This document shows, in pieces, positions 41,033-50,943 of a stretch of DNA of 64,000 bases (positions are counted from its first letter, which is position 1; each line of letters opens with the position of its first letter). The stretch covers positions 62,001 through 126,000 of the forward strand of contig ADNK01000874.1 in assembly GCA_000320545.1 (NCBI GenBank), written 5' to 3'. The DNA comes from Bigelowiella natans CCMP2755 (Eukaryota; Protista; Cercozoa). The notes beneath the pieces are model-generated. The model saw nothing but the letters and a program-made list of their open reading frames with translations. It searched no databases and was not told the origin of the DNA. Position numbers and translations under genes: made by a program.

Positions 41033-41381
41033 GAAAGAATCTGCAGCAGCTGGGAAGAATGCACTGTGCGCATGTCTAGGTCTGTGGAGGTGTGTGTTTC
41101 GTGCACTGCAAGTCCAGAAGTGTCTTTTGACACTTTGGAAGTGCAGCATTGTCATTGTTCATTGTTCATTGTTCTCACGTGGTCTAGATGCGCAAAATGT
41201 GCGACACACTGTGCACCATTGCAATGACATTGCGTCATTGCGCTAGCTGGGCTGTGCTAGCAGCGTCTTGTCATTCATGTGCCAAAGCGGCTTGTCACGT
41301 CATTGCAACACATGTGCATGGCTAGATGGCCGGTCTGGCTGTTGCGCTAACTAGCTGCTGATCGTCACATGCTAGACACAG

Positions 41382-41418
<37 letters not shown>

Positions 41419-41476
41419 CTAGATGTGCACAGCACATCTCCACAGATCTAGACATGCATGCGATGCGCACGCGGAA
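41033..41476. other. TpA-depleted intergenic island 2
   Basis: By hand count 10 TA dinucleotides in about 440 bp: 9 CTAG and 1 CTAA. Partial depletion extends back to about 40750. Confidence 0.85.
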
Positions 41477-41879
41477 ATACGGGAGACTTTCAAGTCATTA
41501 CACTTCCCAACAACGAAAATGATGCATCAAAGGAGAAAATCAATGTGACACACATCATTCGATCAAGTTGATGAGCTGCTGGAATCAAATCGCGGGACAT
41601 TCACCACCGCACAGACCTCTTTGATGTCCTCTGCACTGAGGGATTTCCCTGCAGCTGTCACTGCCTGCCATCGAGTAACAATGCAGCCTTGAGCTTATCC
41701 CTGAGCTTGCCTTTTTGGATCATATCCGATATCATGCAGAGTTGGTCCCCGGAAGTCGCTTAATCATTGGCATGTGTTTGGTTCGATTTAGCATGCTCGC
41801 GCAGGATGGAAAAATACCTTATTTGGATACAGATGAGAAAATAAACTAAGAATGGAGAAACACAATTTTGAGCAGACAT

Positions 41880-43850
41880 AAATTTATTTACCGGAGTAGC
41901 AAGGACTTGAGTCCCTGTATCCACACTAAACATGTAAGTCCCAGCATTGTGACAAATCTAATATTAAAATTAAAGTAAGTCAGATTCCAGACAAGGGGAA
42001 AAAAAGAGGTGTATATAATAGAGTGTGTGAGAATTGAGTGAGGACTGTCTCTAGATTACACCTGCTTGTAGTTATTCGGTTTTCTCATCTGTTGCGGTCG
42101 GGAAGTAGGAATATGGTCGCCTAAATTTCCGCTACCAGGACTAATCGTATCCCACGTGGGAGGCTCTATCCTCATTAATTCACAGCCGATGCCGGGTAAT
42201 AACTGTGACTGTCTCAATACTCGCAAAGACCTCATTGGCGCTATGTTGTAAAGCTTGTTCTGAACTGTGACAGTTGTGCCTTTTTTAAGTGACACAACTC
42301 CCATCCCCAGTCCTCCAACAGCATATTCATATTCGTTGTAGAGCTCCGCAGATTTGATCATGTTTGGGTGACATCCTCCTTCCCAGTCAGCACTTGGCGA
42401 TGCACGCTGCTCGCATCTATGGATGACCAACTCGCACCCGGAGCCTGGGTACACGTAGTATTTTACCTTGAACGGATTTGCCCACTGCAGGAAGTTTAGC
42501 TCGTTGCTACCGTGGGGATCCACTGAAAACAACGGCGAGGGGAGAGGAAGAAAAGTAATGATATTGGTGATGACAGAGATAACAATGATGATGATGATGA
42601 TGATGATGATGATGGTGATGATAGTGTGATGGTAGCCGTTAAATCGAATTTTATTAAAATTCATTCAAAAGGATTTCTCTTTTTCGGGGAAGCAGGGTGC
42701 ATCTTGCTTACTTTCTCGTGTGTAATTCATGTAGAAGGCGACGTCATCACCAAATAGCATCCCTGCAATAGCAAACATATGATACTATGCATTCTGATCG
42801 ATATGATAATTAAAGGTACCGTTCTCCACGCTGAACAGGCAATATCCGGAGTCGTATTCTGTGTAACTTGTTTCATCGAAACAAAGACCTGCTCATCACA
42901 AACAAGAGGCGAAACATAGCTGAATTAATTAGCTGGTAATAGAACTGAGGTAGATAACGCATCACCGGAGGTATCATCTCCCGACTGGAAAAGTGGTAGC
43001 TCATTTAGTGGGTTGCTATTCAGGTCGCGACAAGCGTCAGTGCAGTTCTGTATCAGGATATGATCTCCGCGCCTAGTCAGAGCGTAGGCGTACGATTGGC
43101 CTAAAAACCCAGCACATCAGTTTCTGTCTCAAAACAAAGACTCTCCAGTTTAATAATACACTTGCTACAGGCACATAATACGCACATACAACAAATAGTC
43201 AACACTACTGGGCTGTTTTCGTGTCTACTACCGGCTTGGTCATTGTAGATAAGTGCGGAGCCCCCGCGCACGGAAACTCCGCGATTGTAGGTTGAATTAT
43301 CCCATTGAGCAGGAAAACCAGGGATTTCGAGCTTGTGGGCCTGCTTTCCTTCACTAAAAAAGTAGTAGGAACCATCGTCGACGAAACGAAGGTATCCATC
43401 CATTTGCGAGTCAATTAAGTATGCCATGCCATGGTTATCATCGCCTGCATCCAACACTTCCATCGCAAAGTTCATCTCGAAACCTCCTCCGCTTTTTTGA
43501 TCAAGTCTGCCGTAGGCAACGAACTGTCTGATACGATTGGGATGATGATCTGTGCCAATCCTTCCGACCCACCCAGGAACATACAAGTCGAGGGAGATCA
43601 TACCATCAGAACCGACTGTGTGGCGAACGTTCATTTCTAGGATGGTTGTCTGGTTGCCCTTATTCGCCATTCCGCATTGTTTCATGTCCACTTTTACCGC
43701 ATAATAGTCGTTCGGATCTAGTCAGCACATGCATTCATTATTGTTGGTGATATCTAGTTGTTGAAAGCAACTTCGAATATAGATTACTACCAGAACGAGA
43801 TGTAGGCTTGAAGGCATCCGAATCCCAACCTATTACGTCGAGATAAACAC
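41880..43850 (-). CDS. Uncharacterised protein (Gly/Tyr/Cys-rich, probably beta-rich); multi-exon, ends uncertain
   Basis: Long non-repetitive reading frames 43101-43691 and 42056-42524, joined by small in-phase GT-AG exons (SQSYAYALTRRGDH...GDDTS | GLCFDETSYTEYDSGYCLFSVEN | GMLFGDDVAFYMNYTRE). No family recognised. Confidence 0.55.
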
Positions 43851-43919
43851 CAAAAAGAGAATGTCGGCGTGCGCATGTAAGGGTGGTGATGATCGCTTTC
43901 TCGCGGCACAACATGAAAC

Positions 43920-44759
43920 TTACGTGTTAGAGAGAGAGCACACACAATCTGTTCCACATCTGTTGTGGCCGCTCTGAAACTGCTCTGGCCATCTCTCGAG
44001 GTAGAAATATCGGTTATAACATCCTAATATTTCACCAATGAGTAGAGACTTAACAACAGTATGAAGTGAAATGACCTTCTTCGCTGTGCTGTAGTGTAGA
44101 TGGTCAAAATGTTGGTTGAGTAGTTTCAAATCTCGCCCTAGTGCTCGAAACGCTGCTCTGCTGCTAGATCTTTCCTCAGAACCATCCGAATTTCTAGCGG
44201 GTCGGAATGTACACAGGATGAAGAAAAGGGAGTGAAAGGATATCGTATGATATCAATTATATGGAGGTGTGAAAAAACAGCTTACAATATTATCTTCAGC
44301 GAGGATGGAACTTTCAAAACTCCTGGCGCAGGTGGAGGTGGCGATGCTCTAAAGAATTTGGCGGTTCAATTTGTATTAGACGTCGTCATGCTCACACCCT
44401 TCTCTCACTCTCTACTTTCTTTTTTAAAAACTCAGCAATTGCTTCAATAAAAGCTTGGCTCACGTTGGGGATGTCGAGTTTCCTTTTCCGATTCCTCCAC
44501 CTCCAAAGATTGTATAAATGCCTATACAACCCTACCAAAATAGTTGGAATAGAATAGTTATCACCACAAGATCTGCAAGCAAGAAAATTTTTATGTCGCA
44601 TGTATTTTAAGGGATGACGGCTACCGCAATGAGCAAAAGCGATCCAGATACCAACAGAGAACGTTTTAAGCATGTTGACGGCGGAGACGTCTAGTGAAAA
44701 ATGGAAACACATATAAATTGAGTACATAATATAGAATATAAACCTATAGTATATATACT

Positions 44760-44811
<52 letters not shown>

Positions 44812-45780
44812 TATGTTTGTGCGTGTATGTGTGTGTGTGTGTGTGTGATCTGAATTATTCAAGTCGAGAGAATGGCTCACCTCGGAGGGAAGCTTGTCCT
44901 CAAGATCAAGGCTCGCCATACGCATGTGTTTCTCAATGTACTTTCGAGGAGAAGCGCGTATGCGATTTGGAGAATACTTTAAGTTCCTTGGAGACTGTTT
45001 GTTGTGAGGGGGAATCGATAATCAATGGAGACACCTTAAAACAAATTAAGCATCGACAAACCGGAGCTAAACCAAACATCTGCCTATTCATGGACTCCTG
45101 CGACTATTATGGTTCATTCGGGATCAGAATTAATCAAAAGGAATGGATTTTCAAGAAAATAACCTCTTCCTCAGCGTTAACATTTATCTGAACGACTTTG
45201 TTTCGGAGCAGTGTCGTTAAATTCCCAGTGGAGGATGACGGTGTAACCTCATTTAACCCATTGACTTTTCCCACTTCTTCTCCGTCTTCTTTTTCGTCAG
45301 ATGGATGAGTAAGCCTCCAAGATTCGGATTTCCTCTAAGTTGACCGTAGAAATTACGTTGCCATCAGACGAGCGGAAAGAGGAAACGTGAATTTGCAAAC
45401 CAAAAATTCCATAGCCAGTACTTGTCCTTTTGCCTTTCGCAGAGTTCTGTACTAATTGGATTATGGCGTCAGAATCAATCGCCTACCCGCCCTTTGTTAC
45501 CCCGTTCTTTGCGGTTGAGAAAGATGACCCTCTTTAAATTAAGGTGCGGGTTAAAAAGGCAAGATGGACGCATCTTCTCAAACCGCCAGGAAACGTCGAG
45601 ACAACGCATGCAATTTGGCATTTAGATAAAAATGCATAGGAACTTGTGGGTGAGAGACATGGATTACTCGGCGAAATGCGTGTAAAAAGGCTAAGAGTCT
45701 TTAGCGAGGGCGCTAGATCTACTCGATGCGCTACCTTTTCTTGCAAAACTCCGTTTCATTCTCCGTCGGCTTCTTGTATC
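43920..45780 (-). CDS. Probable further minus-strand exons (5' part of the preceding gene, or a separate hypothetical gene)
   Basis: Several short frames bounded by plausible GT/AG sites (e.g. ...NYSIPTILVGLYRHLYNLWRWR...ESERR | ASPPPPAPGVLKVPSSLKIIL). I could not build a unique gene model. Confidence 0.35.
44762..44847. repeat. (TA)n and (TG)n microsatellites, probably intronic
   Basis: Seen directly in the sequence. Confidence 0.9.
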
Positions 45781-45880
45781 AATTTAGGACAAATTACCTA
45801 AATACAAATGCAAATTCCATTTCTCTTTTTTGGCATGTAATTCCAAACACCAAATACTAAGACTACATGATTAGTACGTA

Positions 45881-47165
45881 GTCGGCGACAAAAAGATTTC
45901 CTTCCTCCCATCACGACAACTCATGCTGATTGATTGTGGAGCCACAGGCAGATGTGAAACGAACCTCAATTTTCTAGTTTTCCTTGTGGGTTGGGGAGGG
46001 CATGGATGAGTTAGCAAACTCCGATGATCCTTTCAGGTCACCTCATTGGAAATGATCATTTTTCATTCATTCACTTGTTCATCATCACTCGTTCAGGAGT
46101 TCCAGAGTTGGAAGAAACCCTCAACTTTCCTTCGCGCGCGTGTTCTGATGATTGGGGAGGGCATGGATGAGATTGGCGTGTCCCATTGTCCTTTCAAACC
46201 GTTCCATTGGAATCATTTCATTCATCCAAGCGAGCCTTCAAAATCCACCATTGAAATCACTTCGCTCGTTCGTTCACTCAGTGTTCAATGACGTCGTCTT
46301 CTGCTGCCGGCGTGTTGGACACTTCTTTCTTTCTGTCTTCATTCTGATCAAACCGTGTTCCATCATTGCATCAGAGTCATGAATGACGCATTTCACTCGC
46401 TTGGAGTCAGGAAACACGTGTCGATGAACGATTTCATCCACTTTCTCTGATCCAGATCTGGTGACGATGCCGCCGCTCCAGCGCTGCTTGTGTGTGATGC
46501 GGCACTCGATCAGTTCTTGTTGGGGACTTGGGGACTCAGAAGCGTCTTGGGCAGTGAGTTCACAATGCAGTTAGCACATCCTGTGATCTTCTTGTCAGCT
46601 GTGCCGTTCAGTTTGAAACACTTTGTCCATTCGTTCAGTTCCGTTGCCTCCATCTGCAGGCTAGCAGGCCACCTGAGACCTGTCTAGCTGTCGTCACGTC
46701 TGCAGCGAGCTAGCGCGAGGGCTCGATCGTGGACAATGGACATAGCAATGTGGCATGTGCATTTTGCATGCATCACGTTGCATGTCTGCATGGCTAGATG
46801 GACACAGCGTGCTAGAATGCGGCACATGCATCGTGCACACATCACATCATTGCACAGCATGTCCATCACGTGGCTACCGCCGGCTGACGCGATCGATGTG
46901 ATGATGCGAGCAAACGAACATGCCAGCGTGACGAATTGAACCATTCGTGTTCGCATGCTAGCATGCGTTCCTGCGGCAAACTGAATTTGCATTTTTTGTG
47001 CAACCAGGTGTTGCTGGAGTGGATGAGTTGCTGCAATGTTGGCACCTCTGATCCCCACACGGGCACTTCAACTTCTCTGGTTCTCCTGACAGATTTTCAC
47101 TCAGCTGCGCTGCAACATTGGAGGTGTGTGCACAATGTGCGTGGAGCAAGCTGCTTCATTGTTTC
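45881..47165. other. TpA-depleted intergenic island 3
   Basis: By hand count 11 TA dinucleotides in about 1.28 kb (7 CTAG, 2 TTAG, 1 ATAG, 1 CTAC). No TA at all from about 46014 to 46571. Confidence 0.9.
45955..46230. repeat. Diverged tandem duplication, unit about 160 bp
   Basis: An identical 20-mer TTGGGGAGGGCATGGATGAG at 45991 and 46152. Each copy is preceded by a CCTCAA.TTT-like stretch and followed by CCTTTCA...CATTGGAA...TTTCATTCAT. Confidence 0.75.
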
Positions 47166-47529
47166 GTACGGAGTAGTGCAACGTAAGCCTTGCTGAAAAA
47201 CTTGGCTATGAGCATGCGCACGTATGTGTAGGTATGTATAATTGTTGCGATCACAGCGACACTCGCATCGACCAATGATCCAATGATCGAGACACGTGCA
47301 AATCAGGATTACGCGAATAGATTTTTTTTAAAAAGTAGTAATAAATGACATAGTTCGCATTACACATTTGAAAAACAGCTCTATGCAAAATATGAAGACC
47401 CCATTACCTCAAAGACAGCCCCACCGTGAGAGGAGTAATTAGATTTAAAATTACTTTTAAAGCTTAGCTATAAATCCTGGCGATTCTCGAACTAAATCAC
47501 TTTCGGTATCTATGATTACTACATGCAGA

Positions 47530-49469
47530 TCACAACTTAGAAGTAGGTTTTAAATTTCCAACAATATACTCTGAAGCATACTTCTCGACAACGTTTTTGT
47601 CATGAACCATATTGAATTCTTCTGAAGCATCTTTTCCCGCGAAAGTCATTATTGCCATCTTCCCGCCTGGGTGATCATTCATGAATTCTGTGCAATCCAA
47701 TACTTGGTTATTAACTACCACCCAACAGTCACTCTCGGAGTTGTGTGCAGACACTTCCTTCAACGTATAATCTTTCAACTCTGTCGACTTCTCCTCGGCT
47801 GGGGCAGCAGTAGGGGATCCTGATGGAGCTCCTGTGCTAACGCCATTTCCAGAAATCTGTACCGTAATGCTGGAACCGTCAGCCTGAGGAATTGTAATTG
47901 TCACGACTGAACCAGCAGCTGCAGGAGTATCCTCTTGCACTGTTTTCACGTACTCAACGACAGATTTGCCGGCCTTTCGGCCAAATACGACACATTCAAG
48001 TAAAGCAGAGCCTCCCAGACGATTACGTCCATGTACGCCACCTGCACATTCTCCAGCAGCATACAGTCCAGCAATGGGCTGTTTGTTATCCGCACGAAGT
48101 ACATTCGCTTTGTTGTCAATGTGAAGTCCTCCCATTGTGTAGTGTACGACTGGTGTCACAACGGCGACATGGAATTCATCGTTCAGAGTCCAGGGGGTTC
48201 CACGGTAAAAATCAGCTGGCTTTCCCCAAGGGTCACTGTCGTTCTTGAAAAATTGGTTGTATTTGTTGAAAGTGTTTTCCAAAGCAGATGGAGAAATTCC
48301 CATCTCTTTAGCCAACTCAGTTCCGTGGTTCACTTTCTTCATAACACCACGTCCGCAATAGTGAGCGCAATGCCAAGCAATGTTCTTCGAGCACTTGCTG
48401 TTAAGGACGAGTCGGTATGGACCCTTGTTGTGACTCCACATTTTGCCAGTAACGTAGTCACGGGTTCCAAGATCGTTGCAAAAACGATTACCTTCGCGAT
48501 CAAGTAGAATTCCCCCCTCTCCACGGAGAGCCCCTGCTGCGAGGAACAAAGTGCGCTCATTTGGAAGCTTTGGGTTCACCAGACCGGTTGGATGAACCTG
48601 GACATCATTAAGGCCAACAGCTCCACCTCCAATATCTTGAGCAATCATGATACCATCTCCTGTGCAGTGTTTGCCGTTGGTTGTAGGCAGCTTCTTATCA
48701 TACAAGTCCTTGCGCACCTTCTGAAGAAGAGATCCAGCTTCAAGGACACCTGCTCCATATCCTCCGGTAGCAATGACTACTGCTGTTCCCGTAACAGTCT
48801 TATTTCCTCCCTTCGTGGCGTACTGGACCCCAGTAACGCGACCAGATGTCGGGCATGTAAGCAGTTTGTTCACGCGTGCGCGGTTGATGAGATTATATTT
48901 CTCCGGCTGTTGCTTGCACAGATTTTCGTAAGCCTCAATCAAGGCATAGGTGATCTCCATACCAGGAAATTTACCTCCAGATGATGAGCGATGGGTTCTG
49001 GGAAAGGAATGCCCTCCTAGACGGCTGGTGGTATCCAAAGCTAGACCAAAACATTGCTGGATCCAATGAACTGCATCAGCACTTTCGTACGTAAGGACTT
49101 TCCCAAGCTCATACCATGCATTGGCAGGAAGATCTCCCTTTTTGATTCCAGTCGCGGACCGGACAGTATCCTCGTAGAAAATCTGAGGACTATCGGGAAC
49201 TCCATTTTTCTTTTGGCTATTACTTCCAGCTCCATTAATGCCGGATGTAGCTTTTGTGGAGTTTCCACCCAAAAATGCTTCCTTGTCGAGCAGTGTCACA
49301 TTGCACCCACCTTGGATGCATGTGTGTGCAGCGGATACTCCTGCAAGACCACCTCCGATGATAATGACCTGCAAAGAAAACAACTCGTCACCTTCCCAAG
49401 AATCATCAGTTTTTCTCCCTTAAGTTAGTTATCTCATCAAAATCATAGAGGACATACGTGTTTTGGCAT
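47530..49469 (-). CDS. Soluble FAD-dependent fumarate reductase (Osm1/Frd1/flavocytochrome-c type) fused to a C-terminal cytochrome b5; PTS1 (SKL)
   Basis: Exon 1 MPKH (49458-49469, donor GTATGT), exon 2 47530-49368. Motifs: IIIGGGLAG, GGNSTKATSGING, RLGGHSFPRTHR, VQVHPTG, LRGEGG, RDYV, VHYTMGG, GGVHGRNRLGGSALLECVVFGR. Cytochrome b5: HN...CWVV...HPGG...AGKDASEEFNMVH. Ends SKL*. Confidence 0.93.
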
Positions 49470-50217
49470 GCTGAAGAATATTCAAGTCCTGGGGAGGAGA
49501 AGGTTGAGTTTGAGACGAATACGCGTGTTCTAACACAGAGGGATTGGAAGATTGCGGCAAGCAAGAGCTTTGTGAGACTACACAAAACCTAGCGTGGGTA
49601 CGGCACCTTGAAACACCGCTCTTCTTCTTCCTCCACACAACACAACAACGCGGTTACGGCCGTACCCTTATTTAATTCCTCAACTTAAAATTGCGCTCTG
49701 GACCTTTTTGGGTCATATTTCCAAACTCTCAACGCCAAATCAAACGGTACCCCCCCTTCCACAAGTTTTCGGGATCCGTCACTAGCGGTGATTTCGGTTC
49801 TCATCCCCGTTAAAATCCGATATTGACAAGGAACTTGGATATTTTTGAAAGTTGCCCTGTCTACCCAGTCACAATAGCGTGAAATGAAGAAGATGCATAT
49901 CTGGGCCGAATAATTAATAAAATGTTGGCAGATATCACCGATAGATCTTTAATACGAGTACGACTGTATTATAAAAATAGATCTATCACAGTGACTTTGC
50001 CAACTGGGCAATGATATTTGCCCAGAAAGAGTAAGGTTCCCGGGGAACTCGTTCTGGCGACATCGCTGTGAACGCGTCCCCAAAGGAAACGCCAATTACA
50101 CCAATTTTGCTGGCGTTTTTTTTTTTACCCAGCTTAATAATAAGACATTTCAGGATTTGAATTATCCACCGATCACATAGAGTCTAGATCTACGAGTCGT
50201 AAGTCTTCTTACGCACG

Positions 50218-50908
50218 ATGGGGGATAGAGAGAAAAAGCATGGCGAAATGTAAGTGGCAGTTCTGCAGACCATTCCTTTGCATTGCTTCCAAAAATAATG
50301 CATTTAATTTGATTGACGTCTATCCCTTTGTAGGCAAAACCCGCGCTACATGTTTGGGCAGCCAATGTGGAGAAACCGGGCATTCTCTGGCCTCTACGCA
50401 GATGTAATAGTAACTCTTACAATTCAAAGCGATGCTTACTGACAGTCTAACATTTATCGCAGCCGTATATCGAAGATACAGAACTGGAAGGAGGGTATGT
50501 TCGCACTTCACCGTGCAGGCGCAAATGCTAAACAATTTATCCACTACAGGTATCCTGAGGAATCAATACACGTCGTCGCAAAGATTCTGGATGACATAAA
50601 GACCAAGCTGAGGCGGGAAGAGCCCGAGTGGTTCAGTAAGATGTCGCAAACAGACCTGAAAGCTATGGAGAAAGCTGCTAAGATCTTTCAAGTGTCAGAT
50701 GAACTGACTAAGGGCTTTCCTCGAAAATTCGGCAGAGAAGTTGTTTCATGGATTGAGAGTTTTTTGGCAAAACTCAAAAAGCTCCGGACTGGAGACATGC
50801 TCGTGGTGAAGTCTACTTTATTGCCAGATTTTATGTTCCTTTTGCTCTGTGATTCTGGACTTTCACTGCAACACATGTGAATTTGTACGCATGAGCACAC
50901 AACAGTAT

Positions 50909-50943
<35 letters not shown>

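Noticed and set aside
46034-46095. Possible box C/D snoRNA on the minus strand (GTGATGA ... CTGA, about 60 nt)
   Set aside because: No terminal stem or recognisable rRNA guide. TGA-containing words are inflated by the local composition. An Infernal or snoscan hit would be needed.
31392-47165. CpG-methylation decay or fungal-type RIP as the cause of the TG/CA-rich islands
   Set aside because: CpG is abundant inside the islands (GCGCGCG, CACGTG, CGATCG). RIP would increase TpA, whereas TpA is what is missing.
46046-47196. Cluster of overlapping 60-125 aa ORFs on both strands
   Set aside because: Loss of TA removes TAA and most TAG stop codons, which inflates ORF length. The peptides are His/Cys/Met/Ala-rich with no motifs.
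47898-49428. Plus-strand ORFs of 116-158 aa
   Set aside because: Antisense to the fumarate reductase exon, with no independent motifs.
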